DNA of 20,000 bases. Source: an uncultured virus (IMG/VR IMGVR_UViG_3300032322_002129). Taxonomy: Duplodnaviria; Heunggongvirae; Uroviricota; Caudoviricetes. How positions within the stretch are numbered: position 1 is the first letter of the stretch; every line of letters starts with the position of its first letter. This document shows positions 1 through 8,885 of this stretch, piece after piece. Where the stretch lies: IMG/VR virus record IMGVR_UViG_3300032322_002129. One strand, written 5' to 3'. The translations under genes and the position numbers were made by a program. The notes under the pieces were generated by a model. It was given only the letters and a program-made list of their open reading frames with translations, had not been told where the DNA came from and searched no databases.

Positions 1-2
1 CA

Positions 3-899
3 GGAAAACAGTGGGCTGTAGCTACATTTACCAAGACTGGTGAGAACGTTCCAGTAGTACGAGTAGAGATGACTGGTGGGCGTGTTATTCGATGTGATCC
101 TTCTCATGAGTTTTTTGTGAATGTATTTTCTTTAGAAAATGCTCGTAGGAAATTTAGTGATGTTATGAAAGTCCGCGCACAAGATCTAGAACCAGATATG
201 GTGCTTCATACATCACTACCACCAGTACACAACGAGCAGCAAGTAGATCGTGATGCGTACACGTTAGGCTATCTGTATGCTGATGGAGTATTTACCAAAA
301 ACAGCGCATATGTACATGTACCATGTAACACTGATGCTGCTGCAAGGCTATACACCAATTTACTTGTTTCAAGTAGGTATAAGTCTGCTAAAGTTATCAA
401 TGAGGGAGGTTTAGCCAAAGTTATTTACAAATCAGATAAGGAATATTGGTCTGGTAGAAAGAAAACTATCTTTCCAGAAGAGGTATACACCTACAACACA
501 AATCAAATTGTTTCATTTCTTGCTGGACTATTTGATGGTGCTGGTGTATTCAACGCAGATCAAGCGCGTGTGCGGCTAGTTTCAAAAGACAAAACCTTTC
601 TTCGATCAATTGCACGTCTACTAGAACAAGTAGGTATCTTTGCAGGAGTTGGTAAATCTGGATATTCAAAAACTGGCATGCAGCGATGGTGTTTAAATAT
701 TATGCACGATTACCTTTCTGCATTTGTTACAACTATCCCATGCCAGATTTTTAAACCTGATGTCAGTGAGTATGAGTCATATCGCGCATCAGATATTCGT
801 GTACTCTCTGTTACAGAAGACGGTGCAGAGGATGTGTTTTGCTGTGATGTGGGTGTTCCAGAGCACTCCTTTATGGCTGAAGGTATTATTATTTCTAAC
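3..899 (+). mobile_element. Intein with LAGLIDADG homing-endonuclease domain in the RNR (N-terminus lies outside the window)
   Basis: Block B-like IRCDPSHEFF, LAGLIDADG-like LGYLYADG and FLAGLFDGAG, block F/G DVFCCDVGVPEHSFMAEGIIISN followed by Cys (AAC 897-899, TGC 900-902). Confidence 0.9.
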
Positions 900-1760
900 T
901 GCACTGAGGTAACAAGTGCTGATGATTCGGATGTTTGTAACATTAGCTCTATCAATCTTGCTCGTATTGAAACGCTGGATGAGTTTAAGCATGTAGTCAA
1001 TCTTGCAATGATCTTCCTACTCTGCGGTACCTTATACAGCAAAGTGCCGTTTGCAGAAGTTGCAGCAACACGCGAGAAGAATAGACGTCTTGGATTAGGT
1101 TTAATGGGCATGCATGAATGGCTTCTTGTGCGCGGGAAGAAGTATGGCCCAGATCCAGAATTAGCCACATGGCTAGAACACTATAGCACATCAACAGATA
1201 TTGCAGCAGGATATGCTGATGAGCTTGGTATTAGCCGTTCGGTAAAGACACGGGCTATTGCTCCAACAGGCACCATTAGTATTATTGCAGAAACAACATC
1301 TGGTATCGAACCATTGTTCTGCTCTGCATTTAAGCGCCGATACTTGAAGGGAAATACCTGGCATTACCAATATGTGGTCGATGCAACAGCACAGCGTATT
1401 ATTGAGCGTGGTGTTGATCCTGATAGCATTGAAGACGCATATTCACTGGCAAATGATGTAGAACGCCGATTGGCATTCCAGTCGTTTGTACAGCAGTATG
1501 TTGACCACGGTATTTCTAGCACGATCAATCTTCCTGCTTGGGGAAGTGATTTGAATAATGAAACACGGGTTGACTCATTCGCTGACATGTTGATGAAGTA
1601 CCTTCCAACACTTCGCGGTATTACGACGTATCCTGATGGTGCTCGTGGTGGGCAGCCGTTGGTAGCAGTACCATATCGTGAAGCAGTGAATCAAACTGGT
1701 ACTGAGTTTATTGAGTATGGGAATGAGAATGCGTGTGTAAGTGGGGTGTGTGGGATTTAG
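3..1760 (+). CDS. nrdJ: Ribonucleotide reductase, class II (adenosylcobalamin-dependent NrdJ-like), 5'-truncated by the window edge, intein-containing
   Basis: Frame is open from base 3 (GKQWAVATF...), so the ATG at 69 is internal. The C-extein starts C-T-E (the C-x-E of the N-x-C-x-E radical motif), then VCNISSINL, RRLGLGLMG, AIAPTGTISI, TTSGIEP, DHGISSTINLP, GITTYPDGAR and a C-terminal CVSGVC Cys pair. There is no class I YY pair. Confidence 0.9.
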   Translation, partial: GKQWAVATFTKTGENVPVVRVEMTGGRVIRCDPSHEFFVNVFSLENARRKFSDVMKVRAQDLEPDMVLHTSLPPVHNEQQVDRDAYTLGYLYADGVFTKNSAYVHVPCNTDAAARLYTNLLVSSRYKSAKVINEGGLAKVIYKSDKEYWSGRKKTIFPEEVYTYNTNQIVSFLAGLFDGAGVFNADQARVRLVSKDKTFLRSIARLLEQVGIFAGVGKSGYSKTGMQRWCLNIMHDYLSAFVTTIPCQIFKPDVSEYESYRASDIRVLSVTEDGAEDVFCCDVGVPEHSFMAEGIIISNCTEVTSADDSDVCNISSINLARIETLDEFKHVVNLAMIFLLCGTLYSKVPFAEVAATREKNRRLGLGLMGMHEWLLVRGKKYGPDPELATWLEHYSTSTDIAAGYADELGISRSVKTRAIAPTGTISIIAETTSGIEPLFCSAFKRRYLKGNTWHYQYVVDATAQRIIERGVDPDSIEDAYSLANDVERRLAFQSFVQQYVDHGISSTINLPAWGSDLNNETRVDSFADMLMKYLPTLRGITTYPDGARGGQPLVAVPYREAVNQTGTEFIEYGNENACVSGVCGI

Positions 1761-1772
1761 CGTTATACTATT

Positions 1773-1803
1773 GGCGCACACAGGAATATAACTTGTGTGC
1801 GCC
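1773..1803 (+). terminator. Stem-loop after the RNR, probable intrinsic terminator
   Basis: GGCGCACACA-ggaatataact-TGTGTGCGCC, a perfect 10-bp stem 12 nt after the stop codon, followed by TTATATT. Confidence 0.6.
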
Positions 1804-1840
1804 TTATATTACAAAGTATATTTACACACAGTAGTAAACT

Positions 1841-2671
1841 ATGCAAGAAATACATAAAATAGAACCAGCATCAGAAGAATGGTGGCTTTTCCGGAAACCT
1901 ATCTCAGAAGCAACGATTACAGACAATGTACTTCACTGGGGTACTGGTGGGTTGAATATTGATGGGTGTAGGATTGAACTTGATGATGCCTCCAAAGAGA
2001 TGGCTGGTAAGTTGAAGCAGAGAACTAACAAACCTTCAGGGAGAGGACTTCATCACAATCCTAAATCAGATATTCAAAGAATAAAATTGGATCGAGAGAT
2101 TGACACTTTTAAGTTGTCTGGTCGATGGCCAGCGAATGTAGTGCACGATGGTAGTGATGAGGTGGTGGGGATGTTTCCAGATACTTTACCTGCAAAACAA
2201 GCAGAACGTGGTAAAGGTATTGACAGATCTACATTTCGACATAAATCTGGAGAATTACATGGTGTGAGAGGTCATAATGATTCTGGAGGTTCAGCAGCAC
2301 GCTTCTTTTATGGGGCAAAGGCAAGTGTGCGTGATAGGGATGAGGGGTTGAGTAATTTTACCAAAAAACGTTCTGGTGGTATGTCTGCTACATTGGATGG
2401 ATCAATGCTTACTGGTAGTGGTAATGAACGTACTACTACCCGCGCAAATATTCATCCTACGGTAAAGAGTACTGAGTTGATGCGGTATTTGTGTCGTTTA
2501 ATTACTCCCCCGCACGGAATAGTTCTTGATCCGTTTGCTGGTAGTGGAAGTACTGGAAAGGGTGCATTGAAAGAAGGTTTTCAGTTTATTGGTATTGAGA
2601 TGGATGAGGAGTATTATACTATTGCCCGCGCAAGGCTGGAGCATGTACTTCAGCAGAAAGGATCTTCATGA
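1841..2671 (+). CDS. DNA N4-C/N6-A methyltransferase (beta class), C-terminal half only
   Basis: Phage MTase signatures RKP...NVLHWGTGGLNIDGCRI, GRWPANVVHDGS, SAARFFY, NIHPTVKSTELMRYLCRLITPP and SAM-binding VLDPFAGSGSTG. The catalytic DPPY motif is absent, and an in-frame TAA at 1835 closes the frame upstream. Confidence 0.8.
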   Translation: MQEIHKIEPASEEWWLFRKPISEATITDNVLHWGTGGLNIDGCRIELDDASKEMAGKLKQRTNKPSGRGLHHNPKSDIQRIKLDREIDTFKLSGRWPANVVHDGSDEVVGMFPDTLPAKQAERGKGIDRSTFRHKSGELHGVRGHNDSGGSAARFFYGAKASVRDRDEGLSNFTKKRSGGMSATLDGSMLTGSGNERTTTRANIHPTVKSTELMRYLCRLITPPHGIVLDPFAGSGSTGKGALKEGFQFIGIEMDEEYYTIARARLEHVLQQKGSS

Positions 2672-3609
2672 GCTTTTATGCAGACTTTGAAGATGTGATG
2701 ATCGTTCCAACGTTTAGCCATCTAACAAGTAGGAAAGATGCAGAACTTACTGTTACGTATAAGTTTCTTTATTCAATGTATCCATTTACTGGTGTTCCGA
2801 TTGTAGCTTCAAATATGGATGGTGTTGGTACTCCTCAGATGGCTGAAGCACTAGCATCACATGGTATGCTTACGTGTCTTACAAAGTCATATACAAGTCC
2901 CGCACATGGAATACGAACATTTGGCTTACGTGAAGGTATTTCGGCTGTAGAGCAGTATATTCTACAACATAATCCAGAAATGATCTGTCTTGATGTAGCA
3001 AATGGGTATATGAGTACATTTGTTAATTTTGTACATGATGTGCGGGCTGTGTATAGCGGAACAATCATTGCAGGAAACGTTGTAACTCCTTCAGGAGTAG
3101 AAGCACTAACAAACGCTGGCGCAGATATTGTGAAGATTGGTATTGGATCTGGAAGCATGTGTACTACAAGGTTAAAGGCTGGTGTGGGTGTTCCACAACT
3201 TACAGCAATTATCACATGCGCTGAAGCACATCCTGAGGCATGTCTTATGAGTGATGGAGGATGTAGAAATCCAGGTGATGTAGTAAAAGCGTTTGCTGCT
3301 GGTGCATCTTTTGTAATGCTTGGTGGAATGTTTGCAGGTCATACAGAGGGTGGACACGTGCAAGGAGATCCATTCTACGGCATGTCTAGCCATGTGGCTA
3401 TGGAAAAGCACTATGGAAGTGTTGATGATTATCGCACATCTGAGGGAAGGGTAGTGCTTGTTGATCATAAAGGATCAGTACATGGTACTGTGCGTGATAT
3501 TCTTGGTGGTTTAAGGAGTGGTATGTCATACATCGGCGCACGCACAATTCCAGAAATTGCACGTAAAGCACGGTTTATTTACGCTAATCGTCAAGTTAAT
3601 CATCCATAA
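2668..3609 (+). CDS. guaC: GMP reductase (IMPDH/GMPR family)
   Basis: PIVASNMDGVGT, CLDVANGY, AGNVVT, KIGIGSGSMCTTR (catalytic Cys), MSDGGC, MLGGMFAGH, FYGMSS..AMEKHYG...YRTSEG, all typical of GuaC. No CBS insert. SD AGAAAGGA; ATGA overlap with the upstream gene. Confidence 0.85.
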   Translation: MSFYADFEDVMIVPTFSHLTSRKDAELTVTYKFLYSMYPFTGVPIVASNMDGVGTPQMAEALASHGMLTCLTKSYTSPAHGIRTFGLREGISAVEQYILQHNPEMICLDVANGYMSTFVNFVHDVRAVYSGTIIAGNVVTPSGVEALTNAGADIVKIGIGSGSMCTTRLKAGVGVPQLTAIITCAEAHPEACLMSDGGCRNPGDVVKAFAAGASFVMLGGMFAGHTEGGHVQGDPFYGMSSHVAMEKHYGSVDDYRTSEGRVVLVDHKGSVHGTVRDILGGLRSGMSYIGARTIPEIARKARFIYANRQVNHP

Positions 3610-3623
3610 AAAGGAGCTTATAT

Positions 3624-3848
3624 ATGCCAATGCCGAAACCACGTCCACGAGAGAATGAACAGGATTTTATTACACGCTGCATGGGCAATGATACCATGGT
3701 TACTGACTTCCCAGAGAATAATCAGCGTTCTGCGGTGTGTTATCAGCAGTGGAGAGATGGCCGTCGTCCACGCAGTCCTGCTGAAAAGACTGAAGCAAAA
3801 GCTCCTTCACGTTTTGATAGTCTTAATACTGGTGAAGTTGATCAGTGA
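3624..3848 (+). CDS. Small hypothetical phage protein (MP.PKP...E.E.DFI.RCM...QR.AVCY.QW type)
   Basis: Good SD (AAAAGGAG). The pattern resembles small conserved phage proteins I recall, but the function is unknown. Confidence 0.7.
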   Translation: MPMPKPRPRENEQDFITRCMGNDTMVTDFPENNQRSAVCYQQWRDGRRPRSPAEKTEAKAPSRFDSLNTGEVDQ

Positions 3849-3862
3849 TAGTAATTTTTGGT

Positions 3863-3902
3863 AAAAAACATCCTCTTATATAGATAGGAGGATGTTTTTT
3901 TT
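3863..3902. terminator. Intrinsic terminator, probably bidirectional
   Basis: AAAAAACATCCTC-ttatatagatag-GAGGATGTTTTTT, with an A-tract before the stem and a long T-tract after it. Confidence 0.85.
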
Positions 3903-3907
3903 TATTT

Positions 3908-3984
3908 AGTTTGCGCATAGTTTACAGATAGTTTACAGGCAGTTTGCAGGTAGTTTACGTATACTTTGTGCAATGTTTACCAAG
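3908..3984 (+). repeat. Tandem array of 11-bp degenerate direct repeats (5 good copies, 2 weak)
   Basis: AGTTTGCGCAT / AGTTTACAGAT / AGTTTACAGGC / AGTTTGCAGGT / AGTTTACGTAT / ACTTTGTGCAA / TGTTTACCAAG starting at 3908, 3919, 3930, 3941, 3952, 3963 and 3974. A TATACT hexamer lies at 3960-3965. Confidence 0.85.
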
Positions 3985-3992
3985 GATATATT

Positions 3993-4784
3993 ATGGGAAG
4001 AAGAAAAATTACTCAAACACAGCAAACACAAGCTCCTCAACCAGCTGTGCGCGTGACAGAAAAAGAAGAAAAACCAACACCACCACAATTCAGTACACTT
4101 ACAAAAGATCAAATTATCGAAGAGTATAAACGATCGTACGACATCGATAACCTAACAACACCAAATGATAGAGCTAATCTTGATACGATGATTATGAACG
4201 CATTAGCTATTCGATCACTACAAGAAAAGCTCTTAGAGTTAGCAGTAGAAAACGTTATTGATAATGCTTCTGATATTAAACGCATCAATGACAGTATTCG
4301 CGATCTTACACAAACCAATCTTGCCATTGAACGACAGTTAAGTATTGACCGCAAGACAAGAAGGTCAGAATCTGAACAATCAGTACTTGAATATATTAAC
4401 TGGTTAAAAGATGCAGCATCAGAGTTTCTTAGCGATACTCCACGTCTCACAAAGATCTCTTGTAAGCGCTGTAATATTATGGTTGGTAGAATTAGTGGTG
4501 TGTATGATACCACATTCTTTTCTGCGGAGTTTCAATGTCCACAATGTAAAAAACATATCTATATTCGCAGAGATGAGCGTGACACATTCTATGACATCAG
4601 AGATCCAGATTGGCGTAGAAAGTATCCTATTGAAATTATTCAGCCAAATAACGCTATCCTGGATGCACCGTTGGATACTGCATTAGTAGAAGATGATGTA
4701 ATTATTAGTAATACGGTACAGGATGTTACAGAGTATGAGGATAAGGTAGTTGAGGTTTTTAGTGAGCCGCGCACACAGGAATAA
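3993..4784 (+). CDS. Putative terminase small subunit / Zn-ribbon protein
   Basis: ATG at 3993 with AAGGA SD is preferred over GTG 3966. Helical/coiled-coil N-half, CKRC...CPQC Zn ribbon, acidic tail. It lies directly upstream of TerL (2-nt gap); the TerS call is positional only. Confidence 0.5.
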   Translation: MGRRKITQTQQTQAPQPAVRVTEKEEKPTPPQFSTLTKDQIIEEYKRSYDIDNLTTPNDRANLDTMIMNALAIRSLQEKLLELAVENVIDNASDIKRINDSIRDLTQTNLAIERQLSIDRKTRRSESEQSVLEYINWLKDAASEFLSDTPRLTKISCKRCNIMVGRISGVYDTTFFSAEFQCPQCKKHIYIRRDERDTFYDIRDPDWRRKYPIEIIQPNNAILDAPLDTALVEDDVIISNTVQDVTEYEDKVVEVFSEPRTQE

Positions 4785-4786
4785 CT

Positions 4787-7366
4787 ATGCCTATACGAAA
4801 AAAGCTAGATGAAAAGGATTTAGACCTTTTAGAAGTACTAGAAGATGAAGTGTGGTTAACTGAGTTTTTACGCAACACATCAGACGGTGAGTATAATCGT
4901 GCGCTTTGGCCAGCACAACCATGGAAGTATCGAGACTATCAAAAACAAATACTTACTGATAAATCAAAATACATTTCTCTTACTGGTGGGCGTGCTATTG
5001 GTAAGTGTGAGCCGGGTGAAGCAAAGATCCTTACCGTAGGGCGTGGATATATGATGTTGAAAGACCTGGTGAAAGAAACATCATTTCCCGTGTATGCGCT
5101 GGATCAATACTCAAACCTTGTTCAGCGTAGAGCAAGAGTTACACCAGATGATATGGCTCCAGTAAAAAAGATTTATACTCGTGCGGGGCATTTAATACAC
5201 GTTACAGCAGAACATCCAATCCTTACACCAGATGGATGGGTAAAAGCAGAAAACATTGATGTAGGATCGCTAGTTGGTGTATTGACACAAATACCCAACG
5301 ATATGATTAGTCAAACATTTGCCTGGCATGAATTACGATTTTTTGGATATATTTTACTAGATCCCCCATTGCGTGAAAGTACTGTTTTTGTGCCGAAGTA
5401 TAAAAAGATTGGTGAAGAGTTTAAGTATATTTGTTCTCTTTTACCAGTAGATGTATTTCCTCGTGAGAATGGGTTTGGTGTGCGTAGGGTTAAGGGTGGG
5501 TATTTTTCTACAATCCGCGCACTTTACAATGATGTAGGCTTTGATGATGACTACGTATTTTCCTTGCGTATGTCAAGCATGCCTGAACTATTGATGCTAG
5601 AGTGTAAAGATAATCTTAAAGTATTTCTTGAAGCACTGTTTGCTCAGTTTGCAGAGGTATCTGCGCGGGAGATTAGTATATTTACACGCTACGAATCACT
5701 TACCTTTGCACTACAAACAATGCTCTTGCGCTTTGGTATTGAATCACGCATTACTACAAAAGACGAACCAAATAGTTATAGCCTTGAAATACTTGATTAC
5801 GAAAATGTGTATGATTTCTGGAAAACATTTACATTACCCGGTGTATCTGTTGATCAACTAGAAGAGCCTGTACGTAAAGCACGAGTAAATGCACATCTTC
5901 GATATGATGAAGTGGTGTATGTGGATATGCCAATATATCCAGTACAAACATATGCTGTCCATGTGCGCGAAGATAATAACTATATCTCCAGTAACATCTA
6001 TGTACATAACACTGTAGTACTTGAAGATAAAATTATCTACGAGGTAGTAAACTATGAACGTGAGTTTCCTGTTACACCAGAGCAGGTACTTACCACAGCC
6101 AACCAGTCGCAGATGCAGCCATTGCTGTCAAAACTTATACAACGTTTTACTTCAAGCCCACTACTAAAACATTATTTACAGAACAATGTAAATAAACAAG
6201 ATGGTACGATGAGGTTTCCTGCACGAAGTAAACCATTCACGTTTTACTTTCGTATCGCAGGTAGTAAAGGCGAAAACAACGTCGTAGGGCTTCACGTACC
6301 AAAAGTGAAAATTGATGAAGCACAACTGTACCCACCAAATGCGTACACACAACTGCTTCCGATTATTAACTATTGGGAACCTAAAACACAGCTTCTTATT
6401 ACTGGAGTATCAAATGGTTTACGTAATTCTGTGTTGTATTTAGTAGATCAAAAAGATCCGAAGTTTAAGAAATATCGTATTCCCTCGCACAATAACCCAT
6501 TCTACTCACGAGAGCAGGATTTACAGAACTTACGTGACTGGGGCGGTGAGAATGATGATCGCTATGTTCAGCTTGTACTTGGTAGACACGGATCAGCAGC
6601 ATTTCAAATCCTTACCAGAGATGATTTTAAAGTAGAAAGTTTTCCATTTCATAATTATCGATACCAGAGTAATCAGAAGATGAAAGGTATTCATTATCAC
6701 GAAGTATTAGGAACACCAGCTATTCCAGAATCAATCCAGCTTGTCATGGCTATTGATACAGGATTTGTTGATCCTACCATTATTCAGCTTATTGGTATGG
6801 ATAAGTATCACATTTGGAGAACCTACTGTAGGTATCACCTAAATCGTATTGACTTTACTGAGCAGAGAAAGATTATTCATTGGTTAGCTACAGAATATAA
6901 TGTACAAACAATTGCGATGGATATTGGTGCTGGTGGTGGTGGTGCTGGTATTATGCACGCACTACTCCATGAGGACGAATATAAAAACGATAACTATAAC
7001 CAACGAATTGTACCAGTCATTTTTAATGAAAAGATTGTTGTAGGATTACGCGAATCTGGTGAGGAAGTAGCAGATGATGCAAAGTCACATGGTACAAAAG
7101 TACTAGTGACCGAAGTTCAATCAAGCCGATTAGTATTTAGTGATGTAGATCATGAGGGGATTTCACAACTTGAAAGAATATCGAAGCAAAAACTTAGTAC
7201 TGGAAAAGATCGTTATTTTGTACTATCCGATCGCGGAAGTGGTGCAGATTCAAATGATCACATTTATGCCAGTTATATTTGTTTTGGCATTGCAATTGAT
7301 CGTGGTTTAGTAAAGCCCGCGCAAGCTACACGAAAGCTACCAACAGTATCTGGAGTGTATACCTAA
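4787..7366 (+). CDS. terL: Terminase large subunit, intein-containing
   Basis: Adenine-binding YRDYQ, Walker A GGRAIGK|T split by the intein, Walker B VKIDEAQ, coupling-motif region ITGVSNG, RNase H-like nuclease AIDTGFVDPT...MDIGAGG...NDHIYAS. The spliced product would be 524 aa. Confidence 0.9.
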   Translation: MPIRKKLDEKDLDLLEVLEDEVWLTEFLRNTSDGEYNRALWPAQPWKYRDYQKQILTDKSKYISLTGGRAIGKCEPGEAKILTVGRGYMMLKDLVKETSFPVYALDQYSNLVQRRARVTPDDMAPVKKIYTRAGHLIHVTAEHPILTPDGWVKAENIDVGSLVGVLTQIPNDMISQTFAWHELRFFGYILLDPPLRESTVFVPKYKKIGEEFKYICSLLPVDVFPRENGFGVRRVKGGYFSTIRALYNDVGFDDDYVFSLRMSSMPELLMLECKDNLKVFLEALFAQFAEVSAREISIFTRYESLTFALQTMLLRFGIESRITTKDEPNSYSLEILDYENVYDFWKTFTLPGVSVDQLEEPVRKARVNAHLRYDEVVYVDMPIYPVQTYAVHVREDNNYISSNIYVHNTVVLEDKIIYEVVNYEREFPVTPEQVLTTANQSQMQPLLSKLIQRFTSSPLLKHYLQNNVNKQDGTMRFPARSKPFTFYFRIAGSKGENNVVGLHVPKVKIDEAQLYPPNAYTQLLPIINYWEPKTQLLITGVSNGLRNSVLYLVDQKDPKFKKYRIPSHNNPFYSREQDLQNLRDWGGENDDRYVQLVLGRHGSAAFQILTRDDFKVESFPFHNYRYQSNQKMKGIHYHEVLGTPAIPESIQLVMAIDTGFVDPTIIQLIGMDKYHIWRTYCRYHLNRIDFTEQRKIIHWLATEYNVQTIAMDIGAGGGGAGIMHALLHEDEYKNDNYNQRIVPVIFNEKIVVGLRESGEEVADDAKSHGTKVLVTEVQSSRLVFSDVDHEGISQLERISKQKLSTGKDRYFVLSDRGSGADSNDHIYASYICFGIAIDRGLVKPAQATRKLPTVSGVYT
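5006..6010 (+). mobile_element. Intein (335 aa) in the TerL Walker A motif, with degenerate LAGLIDADG domain
   Basis: Begins CEPGEAKILT (TGT 5006), block B HVTAEHPILTPDGW, ends TYAVHVREDNNYISSNIYVHN followed by Thr (AAC 6008-6010). The endonuclease motifs are eroded (FFGYILLDP, FLEALFAQFA). Confidence 0.92.
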
Positions 7367-7397
7367 ATGTGCGCGTACGAATAAAAGATTATGATAT

Positions 7398-8885
7398 ATG
7401 AATAATGATACACCAAAACGAGTAGCAAAGGCTTCATACTTTACCAGTTACCTTGCTACACAACCAATTTATACTCCTCCAGTAAATAAATCACTTATTT
7501 CTGGATACTATAATCCGTCAGTAAAGCTGTTTGACTATCACGAGCTTATTAAAGTATGTCGATGGTTTTACACGTTTGATCCTATTGCAGGAACCGTTAT
7601 TGAACGTATGGCTGATATGTCGGTAACAGAGATACGTAATCGCAGAAAGGGTAAGCGGAATACTGCACCAGTTGATGATACAACACTTGCATATTACAAT
7701 GCTATTGCAAAGCGTATTCGTCCACTGATTAAAGCCATGGCTCTTGAGTATTTTATCCATGGGCTTGCAGTACCAGATTATACATTTGAACGTGTGCGAG
7801 GTGATCTGCTGTCAGAACATCTTGGTAGGCGTCGTGTGTGGGCTCCTGCAAAGGCTTGGGTGCGTAACCCAGAGAATATTGTACTAGAGCGTAAACCTGC
7901 TGGATTGGATCGTGCAGTCTTTCTTAAAATCCCATCACAAGATATTTCCTTTGTAAAAAACAAAGGATACTATGAAGACGGGAACTACGATCCAGAAACA
8001 TATCAGAAACTTCTTCGAGAGTTTCCAGAATATGTACGTGCAATTGAAAGCGGAAAAACAACTATCCTACTTGAAAATGTACGCCCAATTCTACGTAAAA
8101 TTACTAGCTATAATGAATATCCTTCACCATTCCTCACAAAAGCCATTAAAGCACTTCAGCATAAAGAAGCTATTAAGCAAATGGACAGAAGCATTGCTAA
8201 TCGCGCAATTGAAGCATTGCGTCATGTAAAAGTTGGTGATAAGGATTTTCCTGCTGATGATGATGATATTACTTCTGCCCGCGCAGCACTAGAACAGAAC
8301 AGCAGTTCTAGTGAGCGGGTATATAACCTTATTACGCCACACACCTACGACATCCAATGGATTCTACCACCACTAGAAGCATTACTATCTCCAGTGAAGT
8401 ATGATGAACCTAATGCAGATATTTTCTTAGGATTAGGCTTCCCTCGTATTCTTACCGTAGGTGAAACATTACGCTCTAACTCTTCTGATAGTAAAATTGC
8501 TTCATTAGGCCCAAGAGCAACACTGGAAGATCTTCGAGACAGTCTTGTAACATGGCTTGAAGAATTGTACCAAGAGCTTGCAGAGCTTAATGGCTTTACC
8601 CGCATCCCAGAACCATACCTTACACCAATTCAAACAATGGACTATACTGCATTGGTGCAATTTGCGGTAAATGCCATGATCGCTGGTGGTATTAGTAAGA
8701 ATGATCTTGCACAGCTCTACGGAACAGATTATGATACGGTGCAATCACAGCTAGAGATTGAACAAAGTGGTATTACTCCAACACCACCAGATGCAAACAC
8801 AGATACAAATACTGCGGGAGATACAGAAAATGACCAACCAGATCCAGAACCAACAGACACCGAGACAAACATTCAAGAATCCTGA
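7398..8885 (+). CDS. Probable portal protein
   Basis: 495 aa directly after TerL. N-terminal CRWFYTFDPIAGTVIERMAD resembles portal N-termini; mostly helical, with an acidic low-complexity C-tail. The call is largely positional. Confidence 0.7.
   Translation: MNNDTPKRVAKASYFTSYLATQPIYTPPVNKSLISGYYNPSVKLFDYHELIKVCRWFYTFDPIAGTVIERMADMSVTEIRNRRKGKRNTAPVDDTTLAYYNAIAKRIRPLIKAMALEYFIHGLAVPDYTFERVRGDLLSEHLGRRRVWAPAKAWVRNPENIVLERKPAGLDRAVFLKIPSQDISFVKNKGYYEDGNYDPETYQKLLREFPEYVRAIESGKTTILLENVRPILRKITSYNEYPSPFLTKAIKALQHKEAIKQMDRSIANRAIEALRHVKVGDKDFPADDDDITSARAALEQNSSSSERVYNLITPHTYDIQWILPPLEALLSPVKYDEPNADIFLGLGFPRILTVGETLRSNSSDSKIASLGPRATLEDLRDSLVTWLEELYQELAELNGFTRIPEPYLTPIQTMDYTALVQFAVNAMIAGGISKNDLAQLYGTDYDTVQSQLEIEQSGITPTPPDANTDTNTAGDTENDQPDPEPTDTETNIQES

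Noticed and set aside
1761..1840. Frameshifted or intron-split N-terminal half of the 1841 methyltransferase
   Set aside because: The gap is only 80 nt, holds a hairpin, and encodes no DPPY-like motif; there is no room for the missing domain or an intron.
3908..3984. Repeat array as a CRISPR or mini-CRISPR
   Set aside because: Units are 11 bp and contiguous, with no spacers and no cas genes.
6925..6948. GGT-rich run in terL and CAG/CAA run near 9736
   Set aside because: Simple codon repeats for GAGGGGAG and QQQQQ within proteins.
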